NCBI RefSeq assembly: GCF_001194135.2
Contig: NC_068981.1
Span: forward strand, 150,242,086-150,306,085
From: Octopus bimaculoides
Lineage: Eukaryota
DNA: 64,000 nucleotides
Direction: 5' to 3'
Position 1 is the first letter of the stretch; each line of letters begins with the position of its first letter. This document shows positions 52,174 through 64,000 of the stretch, in pieces. The position numbers were made by a program, and so were the translations under genes. Below the pieces are notes generated by a model. It saw only the letters and a program-made list of their open reading frames with translations, did not search any database and was not told where the DNA came from.

Positions 52174-53773
52174 TGTGTGTGTGCGTGTGTGTGTGTGTGT
52201 AATGCGTCCAAGCTATGCTAAACTTTTTGTTGTATACTTCGAGACGTCGAGGCTCAAAGTTTTGTCCTGGAATTGTATGGTAGGTGCATTGATAATTGCT
52301 TCGGAACCAGATTTTTCACCTATACTCGTCAGCTTCATCGCACCCTTTCACATAGCTGCTATGTTGACTTTTACCACCTTTGATTACACAATCCTCTCCA
52401 CGTCTGTGTTCCATAAACTGCCACTCTTACATTGACTTCGCCTCTTCCTATTCCAAAGCACTTCAAATCTTCCATCCTCTTTGCGCTTATCCGACACTTC
52501 TTCACCTCTGTAGTCATAATCACGATTTTGAAATCCAGTTCGACCCCAAGACCTTGCAATATGTGTGTCGTGGTCATCTCCAAACCATTTTCAATATTGC
52601 TCGCTGCTACATCTGTATCAGTAATCATATTTTCGTACTCATTACCTAAATTCGCCCCACCCTCAATTCTTTGATTTTCTCCTCAATTTACATCTTAATA
52701 CTTTTATCTCTTCTTGCGCACTTTTCCCCTACTCCATATGACATGGAAAATCCTTCCCCCGGTTTAAAAAAGACCCCAAATTAGCATGAACTTTTAATTT
52801 ATATATTTTCTAATACTCCTTACCAGCAACGAATCTCACAACCATGAAACAGTTCCCTACTACTGAACCCGGTGTAACACTAGCCCTTACACACAGAACA
52901 CCATTAAGCTTGAATCTAACCAAAGTCGCTTCCATATCCCTTACCAGTCCAGTTAATGTGCACCCCAAAAAACGATCTGTATCCCCTTAAATATCGGTTC
53001 TGTTGTCTCCTATATATTGCAATAAGTGGCTTTAGTTTAGGGGATCATATCGCTGAACATTTAAGTAACATCCGCCTAGCAGTACCACATAACCAGTTGC
53101 CTGACATTTCACTTCAACTACATACACAGTTACCCTCTCTCAAGGTAGTATGATATCACGTCATGGATCCCCTAATTCCTGCTTCAAATTTTTCATTGGC
53201 TGCTCCACCCCTTTAGGTAGGAATAATATGGTCAGTATAACATAACTCTTCTCCTACTACACTGTATTCTATTCTCCTATATCCATCCCACCATAGTAAC
53301 CCACAGTTTTACACAACATTTCACAGATTACATATACAACTCCATAAATTTATGCATCCGCATTTGCTGAACATACCACGCACTACACACTACCCTCGGC
53401 ATGAACGTAACAACCACTTATATACACACATATACAAACACACTAATATGTACGCTATCTTGTTCAAAAACCTATAAACAAACCACCATTCTACTACCCT
53501 TCCACATAATCCTCCAGACCTAACACCCAAACGTATATCCTACACATCCAAGCATACAAAAAAACATCCATACACACACCTATACATAACCATACAAATA
53601 CGCACACATGTATGTAAATATACATATATGTATATACTTGTATTTGTCTATATATATGTGTGTATATATGCACATAAATATGTGCATCCACACACAAAGC
53701 AGTACATACATACATACATGCATGTATATATATATATATATATATTACACATACACACACACACACACACACG

Positions 53774-53819
<46 letters not shown>

Positions 53820-54798
53820 TCGATAGAGGTATCGAATATTTCAGCCAAACATATATGTTTTGAAACATCACAATCTTGTCTGAGATCTCCACGAGTTATA
53901 AAAAAAAAACGAGACAAAAAGTTCTATTTTCGAAACGTCCATTTTTCTCTGTCTGTTGTACGACTGTCAAACGTTGACTATATGTTATAAATATGATAAG
54001 CAGTTGAAGTAGTTTTCAAAAATAATTGCTTATATCATGGCTAGACTACGAAACTGATTCAGAAATCTTGGGGTTACCACCTTTCCTAACTATTAAAGCT
54101 ATCTTTCGACATAACAGAATGGGGTGTGCACACCTTACTGACCATATATGGAATATAAAAACATGTGAAGCGTCTTTATTGTGGAGAGCAATTACGAGGG
54201 AAATATCCATTTGAAAAAATACATTTAAATTACAATGCTCTCTTTAATACTGTGGTTAAGAAGTGAATCGTTATATGAGAGGTCTAGAAAAATTATCAAC
54301 TGTTAGGGCATTAATGAGGAAAGGTACTAAATGCGCCTATGAGCATTAAAGAGAAACCTATTAAACATGCAACCTTGAAATAAGATACAAGGAAAGAAAA
54401 CATCATAGGTATCTATAAACCATTTTATATTTTCAAGTCGTAACGGTTTGTTTTTCTAATACTGGTTTCGTTAAAGACTCTGAAGTGCACGAACCAAAAC
54501 ATAAGTTTTTGCCAGCTGATTTAACATGTGTCTTTAAATCATGTAATCAATGTTTTCTTTCTCTTGACGTTGTGAAGAAACATCTAATGATGTTGCATTG
54601 CATTTAACGGAGAAGAGACACTTGTGTAACAGATTTTCTTAAAAGTTGTAAGTCAACAACTAAAGTGAAAAAGAAATCATCTTCATTTTGCTGCTCATTA
54701 GTAAGTTATGGTCATATTCACTGCTGAGTTGACTTCCATCATCTGGTGTTGTATATATGAATATACCAAAAAATGTGAGTGTCTTTATGTAACTATGC

Positions 54799-54831
<33 letters not shown>

Positions 54832-54938
54832 TAAATTCAAAAGGGGATAAAACTCTTTTACAAGAATTTTATCAAGAAGCCAGTGTGTAAAGAAATTCAC
54901 AAGGGAAATTTCTATTCCCAAGAATATAATTATTCGTT

Positions 54939-55216
54939 TATATTTATATAATGGGCATTACTACAGAAAAAATAATAATGCCACACGCTGGACTTCTCAA
55001 AATAACCACATTTAGTACCGAATGCGAGGGAAAACAACCAACAGAAGACGACCAACTTTCTTTTAAAAAGAGTTTTTTTAAAGTTTTTTAAAAGAAAGTT
55101 GGTCGTCTTCTGTTTGGTTGTTTTTCCTCGCATTCGGTACTAAATGTGATTATTTTGAGAAGTCCAGCGTGTGGCATTATTAGTTTTTCTGTAGTAATGC
55201 CCATTATATAAATATA
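54939..55216. repeat. Long near-perfect inverted repeat (two ~131-bp arms, 15-nt spacer)
   Basis: Arm 54939-55069 is the reverse complement of 55085-55216, with about 4 differences counted by eye. The spacer is gagtttttttaaagt. Confidence 0.95.
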
Positions 55217-56829
55217 TACATATATATGTTAACGCATGTATATATTTATATGATACAACACATTCATCGACAGTATATTCATAGGTATTAGATATCAAAA
55301 GAAACATTCATAGTAAGTCAAACAAATGCAATGGATCTTAATATCGACTAATTCTTTTACAAATGACATTGTATTTTTGAAATATGACAACATTGCTTTT
55401 TAAATAAAATATAATTTCAATTCGCTTTGAAATATCTGTCATGCAGTAAGATAATAAACATAAGAAATACATTGAAACCTAATCTCGACTAATTTTTAAA
55501 TAACTAATTGTAATTATATAATGATAAGAACAAATTAGTCATCAAATGAAATCCATTTCCATTTGGTTTTGGTTTTGTTACCTGTAGTCTTTAGTACGGA
55601 GTATATATTAGTGTTATAACTCCTTCACTGTAATGGTAATCATTGTATCATATACACATGATTGTACATTTATAATCGATTAAATCATATCACAAACTTT
55701 ATGGTGCAATAAAATCTATTAGTTTATATTAAACTATAATCACACTTGTATTTATTTTATCAGCCTATGAAGAATAACAAAGTTGAAAATGGTAAGATAT
55801 AATCACCAAAGCTAAATGATTGCTGCAGAATATTTTGTTCCGCGTCCTATGAATCCATCAACCCGCATCAATCTAATAATAATTATTTCTAATTGTCACA
55901 CGACCAGAGCAATTCAAAAACTTATATTTCTTGACAAATGCATTCGACCTCGTCTCATTACAGTCGGTCCAACATAACTTTCGAAAGAATACTAACGAAT
56001 TCCTGATGTAAATTTATATATTTCATGGTCATCACTAATGATTTACTTAGCCACATATCGAATTGTGTGCATAATATAAAATTCATTTATATACATTCGA
56101 TTACGGTTAATATTCTGTAACTACTTCCATCAGAGGGTTAAGAATCAGTTGGTTTTTTTGACCAATACATTTGACATTCTGTGTCTTCCAACCAATTTGT
56201 ACTTCTGACTAAGCTATCAATAATTTTATATTTTCACGAATGCTTTTGATAAATTTTCTTAGAGTTACATACATATATGCATGCAAACATATACATGCAT
56301 GTATTTACAAGCGCGCACACACACAGACGCAAACATATATTTATTTATTTATATACAGACACATTCACACATGTATGCGCGCGTAGATGTAGGCATCTAC
56401 GTGTATATATATGTGTGTGTTTGTGTGTGTGTGTGTGTGTGTGTATCTGTATGTGTGTATGTTCTTCTCCCTTTTCAGTTTAGAGTAAATTTTGACTGGA
56501 TACCTACTCGGTAGCAATGTTGTGATGGAAAGTATCTTTTTTTAAAACCATCATCCTTTAAGTATTAACAACGTCTTGTCAATTTTAATTGACCCAGATA
56601 TCATGATCATTTGTAGTATATGAATTAAAGATTCGCCTTCCTGTCGTCTTGACCTGGTTTTTACACTTGATTGAAGATGGTCACGGACGAGATAGTAAGG
56701 TTGACGGTGCGCGATTCATCACTTTAAGCAAAGTCACTGAGCCAAGTCATCAGTGAACCTTAAGGATGAATAGATGATCCTTGGCACTCCGATTGACGAA
56801 CATGATGTATGTATTAATGGACGGATATT

Positions 56830-57000
56830 AATTAAGGCTTTCGGTTCACGACCATAACGTCGAGGGTTCGATTCCTGGACCACGAAGCGTTATGTTTCCT
56901 TGAACATGGCAGTTCATTTCACCCTGTGTCTCTCTGCTCAGCCGAAAATAAGAACCACTCCAGTGCTGGTGCAGTGTCCTTTTCTCGATGTTTCACTGGT
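56830..57000 (+). mobile_element. Possible additional tRNA-derived SINE head, degenerate
   Basis: B-box-like gagggttcgattcctgg followed by gtttccttgaacatggca.ttcatttcac, resembling SINE central-domain text. No second copy in the window. Confidence 0.35.
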
Positions 57001-57426
57001 TTGAGGGTAGTAGGGCAGATAATGTATGTCTGCTTACAACTAAATACGACCCACTCCATAATCGCTTGCGACTGATGGCTAAAATTTTACGTATTCTTTC
57101 ATGGTTAAGAATTTTGTTCACAATCACGATTTCGGGTTCATGTTTTTCTATAACTTCCAGGTGACCAGTGAATTGTGAATGAAATCTGCGGTCTTTAAAC
57201 ATCAGATTAATATGTGTACAAGCCCTAAAATTGAGTTCAGTGTTTTTGAAGGAGGAGTACGGTTGTAGACGTCATATTTCTGATCGTCAGATGAAACATT
57301 TTACAAGTTGTTTGTGACCCGTTATATATACATTCTTATTTGTGTGTGTGTGTGCGTGTGTGATTGTGTTTGTGTGTGTGTATACATATAAAGATAGAAT
57401 AGTTTTATGTGTGTGTATCTTTTATG

Positions 57427-57792
57427 TTTTACTTCTTTCATTTATTAGACTGCAGCCATGCTGGTGTACCACCTTCAAGAAATTTTAGTCTAATGAATCT
57501 ACTCTATTCCTTATTTCTTTTGGAAACCTGGTACTTATTCTATCAGTCTATTTTCCTGAGCTGCTAAGTTACAGGGACGTAAACACACCGTCACCAATTG
57601 CCAAGCGGTGGTGAGGACAAATACAGACGCACGCACACACACACACACGCGCATATATATATACGACGGGCTTCTTTTAGTTTCCATCAGCCAAATCCAC
57701 TCACAAGGCTTTGGTTGGCCCGAGACTGGATTTGAACCCGGAGTCATGTGGTTGGGAAACAATATTTTTTACCACACAGCTACGTCGGCGCC
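57427..57792 (-). mobile_element. SINE family C copy (deletion in 5' region)
   Basis: gactgcagccatgctgg..gctaagttacagggacgtaaacacacc..cgacgggcttctttt.agtttcc.tc.gccaaatccactcacaaggctttggttggcccgag..gaacccgga..catgtggttgg..ttaccacacagc. Confidence 0.85.
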
Positions 57793-57811
57793 TCAAATTA
57801 TCAGCCACAGG

Positions 57812-57884
57812 TGCCAAATCACAGGATTGTACCGGGGGCCTTTAGATCTTTAGTCTAACGCTCTCCCAACTGAGTTATCTCGGC
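57812..57884 (-). pseudogene. tRNA-Phe pseudogene (73 nt; anticodon GAA changed to AAA)
   Basis: Minus strand GCCGAGATAACTCAGTTGGGAGAGCGTTAGACTAAAGATCTAAAGGCCCCCGGTACAATCCTGTGATTTGGCA is colinear with the standard metazoan tRNA-Phe(GAA). The T-loop (TACAATC), T-stem and acceptor stem are disrupted. Confidence 0.85.
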
Positions 57885-58629
57885 TGTATGTATGTATGAT
57901 ATAATCAGTAGCATGCTGTGATGCTGTACGCTTTACCAGATATTTTTGAATCACTGTTCAGATTAAAATTCTTCTCTTCTCGTATTGCATTAAAACCATC
58001 TTATACAAACAGCGATAAGTTAATTGCTATTAGGAATTGTCACAAAAACCACTTACAGATATTTTGAATGAATTTAATAAGTACATTTCAAGTGATTAAC
58101 AACTTGATCTGTCACAACCATTTTCATCCCTATATATGGGGACAAATTGTATTCCATGAATGCATTTCGCTTAAAATTGACTGATGAGATTTGTAACTAC
58201 ATAGCAACTAACAATTTAAAATAATTTCATGTACATATGTACATATGAAAGAGAAATTCTAACATAAAGAGAAATTCTAGATACCCTAAATTTATCTTCT
58301 GTTAAAAGAGAATAGTAATCAAATTCAACGTGACACTTTGCTACGAACTCCAATTAAGAAAGGAAGGTAATATCAAGAACCAAGGATTCTTAAAATATGA
58401 CGTGTCATTAAAGAACAGTCAGTGTGATTGTTTGGAGAAAAGAAGACAACTGTGGAGATATGTTTCAGCCAAAATAGACATAATCAACATATCAATTCAA
58501 CCTTAACTCCAGCTGACGTGAGACATCGACACGTTCAAGTATAGTAGGTATCTTTTATGTCGTAGTTAAATAACTTAGGAGGGCCAGTGGCTCGTATGCG
58601 CATAATAAAGACGCACGAAAGTATATTCT

Positions 58630-58835
58630 TTTCTACTCTAAGCACAAGGCCTGAAATTTTGGGGGATGGGGCCAGATTAGATCAACTCAAGTACGCAACT
58701 GGTACTTAATTTATCGACCCTGAAAGGATGAGAGACAAAGTCAAACTCAGCGGGATTTGAACTCAGAACGTATAGACAGACGAAATACCGCTAAGCATTT
58801 CGCCCGGCGTGCTAACGTTTCTGCCAGCTCACCGC
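58630..58835 (-). mobile_element. SINE family A copy
   Basis: gcacaaggcctgaaatttt..actggtacttaatttatcgaccctgaaaggatga..caaagtc.aactcagcgggatttgaactcagaacgt..cgaaataccgctaagcatttcgcccggcgtgctaacgtttctgccagctcaccgc. Confidence 0.88.
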
Positions 58836-59019
58836 GTTGCACAAAAGTATATGAAATAGTGTACAAGAGAAATTATTTATTGAACACATCTTGTGTTCAA
58901 GAAAAATTAAATAAATGCCTTATAACAAAACAACCAGCTTCAAATAATGAGAAATAATTTAAAATCAAGTATTCTCTGAAATTAAGATGTCATTAAGGGA
59001 ACGTCAGTCGTATCACCCG

Positions 59020-59099
<80 letters not shown>

Positions 59100-59661
59100 C
59101 AAGCGTGTATGTATGTATTGTATTCGTTAATGTATGCATATATATGTACGCACACATGCATATACGCACACATAAATACAAACATAAATTCTGTTTCGCC
59201 CTTACATATGCATATTACCATAGTGCAAGTGTCCTCTGGTATGTCAGCCGTCTGATGCCATTTACCTATGATGCCTCAGACACACCATTGTACTTTTACA
59301 TAGCGCTGTTGCATATTTTCACATCCACACATAGCATTGCACTCATACATAAACACAGTTCAACTCATCTCTCTACCTGCCCGAAAGTTGATCATGCTTA
59401 TTTTCTTAAATACATTCTCACGTTGCTGAAAAACACTTTCCTCCATTTTCGCTTTGTCTCTGTTATATTCGTCATTCCTTTCAATATTTTTTAGTTCATC
59501 CATATTTTTTAACAAAAGGTATTTCCTTAAAAAAAAAAAAACATCTTTAACTTCCCTCACGCACAGTTGCGTTGACTTTATATCATTGCTTTTCTTTTGT
59601 ATGTTTCTTTTTGAATTGGAACATTCAAAAACTTATTAAATAGTTTAGAGAACACGCACAC

Positions 59662-59765
<104 letters not shown>

Positions 59766-60703
59766 TGAAAAAGATTTAGGTGAATGTGTTAAATTTCAGG
59801 TAAACTATTCGTGTAGTCAGGATTTGGAATATTCCAGCCCAATGAAGACCTGCTGATATAAAACTTTTAGGGATGAAATTTAGGAATAGATTGTTACTAG
59901 AACAGTTGTTATTGTTATAGTCTTGCTGTTAATGTTAAGGTTTAGGTTAACCCATATCGTACAGAATCCTTATGATTCAAACCATTCCAGTATCTTTTAA
60001 GGTATAACTACATAAAGATGTGTAAGACCGAAGCGTCCATTTTTCTACAAATGCATAAACATATATATGAATATTCATTTTATACATCCATTTAAGAATT
60101 TATGTGGTTTTGTAGTGAGGGCGCTAATTTGGCTGTTATGTTCAATAAATCGATTGTGCTCATTGAGGTCCCCCGCCCATTCAATGTAATATATGGATAT
60201 TACAGAAAGAGGGGAAGTATCAAAAAAGGTACAGCAAAGCTATGAGAAAATGCGTTCATCTTTACTGTTTTACATGCGTTCTGTATTCAACCTACCCAAA
60301 TATTTTACATTAATATCAGTTATTTTGATGTCAACCCTATACACAATAGACAACAGAATGCAAAAATAAACCTTCGCAGTTATTAATTTATTTTGTTCTA
60401 ATACGTATAAAAAAATGGCAGCATAAATGCAAAGACACAAATTAGATCATATAATGTTCACACTTTATAAAGATATATTCGGAAAATATATGAAATATAT
60501 AAGAATCGAAACCGGATGTGATTCGTCAAAATCGGAAATAAATTCTAAAGCACATCATCAAAATCTCAACTTTTCGTAGAGAGATAAAAAATAAAATAAA
60601 CAAACATTTATTCTCGAAAGTTACCACAAAATTAAACCTAGATTTTGTGACTTAGAATTCTGATGTTATTTATGACTCTGACAAATGTTATTTCTTCATG
60701 ATA

Positions 60704-61105
60704 GAGTGGCTGTGTGGTAAGTAGTTTGCTTACCAACCACATGGTCCCGGGTTCAGTCCCACTGCGTGGCATCTTGGGCAAGTGTCTTCTACTATAGCCT
60801 CGGGCCGACCAAAGCCTTGTGAGTGGATTTGGTAGACGGAAACTGAAAGAAGCCTGTGGTATATATGTATATATATATGTATGTGTGTATGTGTTTTTAT
60901 GTCTGTGTTTGTCCTCCCAACATCGCTTGACAACCGATGCTGGTGTGTTTATGTCCCCGTAACTTAGCGGTTCGGCAAAAGAGACCGATAGAATAAGTAC
61001 TAGGCTTCCAAAGAATAAGTCCTGGGGTCGATTTGCTCGACTAAAGGCGGTGCTCCAGCATGGCCGCAGTCAAAAGACTGAAACAAGTAAAAGAGTAAAA
61101 GAGAG
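60704..61105 (+). mobile_element. SINE family C, full-length, least diverged copy
   Basis: Head GAGTGGCTGTGTGGTAAGTAG..CCCGGGTTCAGTCCCACTGCG (A/B boxes), internal (TA/TG) tract, and a 3' tail aaacaagtaaaagagtaaaagagag. Confidence 0.92.
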
Positions 61106-62179
61106 TAAACAAATAAATTAACTATCTTACATGGCGTGTGAATAGTAATATAATACACTAAGAATATCTGAGGAAAATCCACAAGAGATGTTACTTTCTA
61201 CTAAATCGTGTCAGAATATAAGAAAAAAAATATGAATGGTTACTACAAAAAAAAAAGAAAAAGAAAAACAACTATTGAAAACAAAGAAAAGAAACAGAAA
61301 GAGATTTCAGAAAACGTAGATATTTTAGGAGAAATTTCAAGTCGATTATTTGGATGTAAATGTTTCAGTCTTGCCGAATTTTCGGCTCTTTATTTGTCTT
61401 TATTTTATATTATTTGTCAGGATTCTATAATGTCGTGGGTAGCACTTATGTCGTTAAGACAGTGTGTGTTTGTTTATGTGTATGTGTGTATGTCTAAATG
61501 CGTATGTATCGTATATGTATACATACATATATATATATATATGTATATCAACAAAGAGAAATAGATAGATAGATATTCATACATAAGTATTATATAAATA
61601 TATTTGCGAATGTGCGTGTGTGTATGGATATTTGCGTATTGGATCGTGCTACTCTATCCATGCATATTTGCATTAATATCTCGTACAATGTATGTCTATA
61701 TTGAAGCGTTTTTCTTCGCTCGTGACTGAGGAATAGGATAAGATATAATTTTTTCAGGAAGCAGAAGATAATAGTTATGCATCAAAGTGTATGCTGAGTT
61801 TCAGTATTATACTATCAGCAATGTACACGCACAAGCGAGAGTTGTACCACATATAGATAAACAACATAACCTTGTTGCAATTCAAAAAAAAAAAGACAAC
61901 ACAGTACCCTCTTCTGCTCGCGCGCGTGTGTGTGTGTAAGACATGCCACAGAATATGCAGATGTCTTATATAATGTGGATACATTGTGACAGACTTACGT
62001 CAATGAGAATATGGTAGTGATGAAATCACCAATGCGGCCGAAAGAAGTTTGATAAACTAATTCATCATGTAATTGATCAAACGTTAATTAGGGAATGAAT
62101 TGCATAATTGAAAATAATTAATTAACAAATAACTAATAATGATAGTAAAGTTTTCTTTGATAGAACTACTGTAAGTGTA

Positions 62180-62210
<31 letters not shown>

Positions 62211-62574
62211 NNNNNNNNNNNNNNNNNNNNNNNNNNNNNNNNNNNNNNNNNNNNNNNNNNNNNNNNNNNNNNNNNNNNNNNNNNNNNNNNNNNNNNNNNN
62301 NNNNNNNNNNNNNNNNNNNNNNNNNNNNNNNNNNNNNNNNNNNNNNNNNNNNNNNNNNNNNNNNNNNNNNNNNNNNNNNNNNNNNNNNNNNNNNNNNNNN
62401 NNNNNNNNNNNNNNNNNNNNNNNNNNNNNNNNNNNNNNNNNNNNNNNNNNNNNNNNNNNNNNNNNNNNNNNNNNNNNNNNNNNNNNNNNNNNNNNNNNNN
62501 NNNNNNNNNNNNNNNNNNNNNNNNNNNTATATATATGTATATGTAAGTATGTACATATACATATCTATATATGC

Positions 62575-62628
<54 letters not shown>

Positions 62629-62654
62629 TGCAATATTGCAATACGTGTGCCACT

Positions 62655-62699
<45 letters not shown>

Positions 62700-63595
62700 G
62701 TATCTATCTATCTATCTATATATATATATATCGGTAAGACAATCAATATACCGCTGCTTTGGAGTAATAATACATTGTGGAATTCTTTCAACCATCGCAA
62801 ATCAGTGATGGGCCCAGTTAATCAATAAACTAAATTGTTGTTCATCATGAGTTGTGAATTATGAGTAATCTCATTTGCTAAACTGAATATATTATATTTG
62901 AGAATATTTTGTTGGGGGTATGGAAATGTGAGGTGCAGAAATTGCTGTTGCGTCAACAAAGTACGAAAAATAAAAATAATTCCCTGTTATGATGCAAACA
63001 ATCTAGCAGTCTCCAAAATCGTTCACATTAAATGTTTTTTGTTTTTTTTGTGGCAGCGTGACTTTGATTATTATATGTTTTCACTGCAATTACAGCCACA
63101 TCTACTGTGCACAAACATGTTTGATGATACTGCCATACCCAATTATATTATTGATTTCTTTCAAGTTCAAAGAGCCTCTTAGGCTTATAGAAATAAACGA
63201 GAATTTGCGCTTTTCTTAAAGATTTTTTTTAATATTTGCAAATGCGAAAATTCTTCGATCGTGTATAAACATGGTATTTTAAGACTAGCCAACGAGGAAG
63301 ACTTAGCGTAGATTAAGGTAACAACAAACCTCACTTAAATCACTCCCTACTATTTTAATTAAATGAAATGAAATATTAACTAATGAAATCCTACATATCG
63401 TGAAAAGACAGCCGACACAGCAGGAATGACTTTCAAGTTCGATTCTAGATACAACACTTGCGTTATTTAGACAGAAGAGAAATCTAATTACAATAATCCC
63501 ATCTTTTTATGTTATGTAGTTTCAAATGAGTAAATTTGTAATTTTCATTCCTAGGACACGCACAAACACATATATATTTCATTTTTCCTCTACTA

Positions 63596-63715
63596 AGACC
63601 ACTCACAAGGCTTTGGTTGGCTTGAGGCTATAGCAGAAGACACTTGCCCAAGGTGCAACGCAGTGAGACTGAACCTTAGACTATGTGGCTGTGAAGCAAG
63701 CTTCTTACCGTGCCT
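63596..63715 (-). mobile_element. SINE family C, 5' half
   Basis: ccactcacaaggctttggttggcttgaggctatagcagaagacacttgcccaaggtgc.acgcagtgagactgaacc..atgtgg..aagcaagcttcttacc. Confidence 0.8.
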
Positions 63716-63842
63716 GTACTTAAATATATATGTGTGTGTGTGTGCGTGCGCGCGTGTATGTGTGTGTGTGTATGTATATATATATGTGTATGTATGCATG
63801 TATATCTATCTATATATATATATATATGTATATATATATCGA

Positions 63843-64000
63843 GGCACTCCGTCGGTTACGACGACGAGGGTTCCAGTTGATCCGATCAGAGGAACAGCCT
63901 GCTCGTGAAATTAAAGTGTCAGTGGCTGAGCACTCCACAGATACGAGTATCCTTAACGTAGTTCTCGGGGAGATTCAGCGTGACACAGCGTGTTACAAGG
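63843..64000 (-). mobile_element. SINE family B, 3' part (cut by window edge)
   Basis: ggcactccgtcggttacgacgacgagggttcca..gatccgatca..ggaacagcctgctcgtgaaatta..gtggctgagcactccacaga; colinear with 10508-10660. Confidence 0.9.

Noticed and set aside
60704-60780. SINE heads as functional tRNA genes
   Set aside because: They have A/B boxes but no complete cloverleaf and continue into family-specific body and tail sequence.
62727-62801. YIGKT...SFNHRK resembling a GIY-YIG motif
   Set aside because: YI derives from a (TA)n tract, the upstream half of the motif is absent, and the spacing is unconvincing.

Overview
This is AT-rich, microsatellite-dense eukaryotic DNA from a gapped assembly; most N-runs are bounded by (TA)n/(CA)n tracts. 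I infer an Octopus-type coleoid cephalopod from the SINE families and repeat landscape, recalled from memory and not database-checked. It looks like mostly intronic or intergenic sequence. One convincing protein-coding internal exon is visible (4979-5205, + strand). Nearly all provided ORFs are artefacts of microsatellites or N-gaps. The rest is a transposon catalogue: three tRNA-derived SINE families (here A, B, C), including a head-to-tail trimer and a full-length copy with a 13-bp TSD; a full-length dead mariner, an internally deleted mariner and a mariner MITE; a hAT-like MITE; a Helitron-like element; CR1, RTE and two RLE-type (R4-like, HERO-like) LINE fragments; a Penelope-like (GIY-YIG) fragment; and a tRNA-Phe pseudogene. 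The most interesting signals are (i) a consensus-perfect type I hammerhead ribozyme inside a dispersed non-coding repeat present twice (15232-15274 intact, 25257-25299 decayed), (ii) a second hammerhead-like family, one copy of which lies inverted against the Penelope-like ORF, and (iii) a ~278-bp near-perfect palindrome at 54939-55216. No prokaryotic features or CRISPR arrays are seen.
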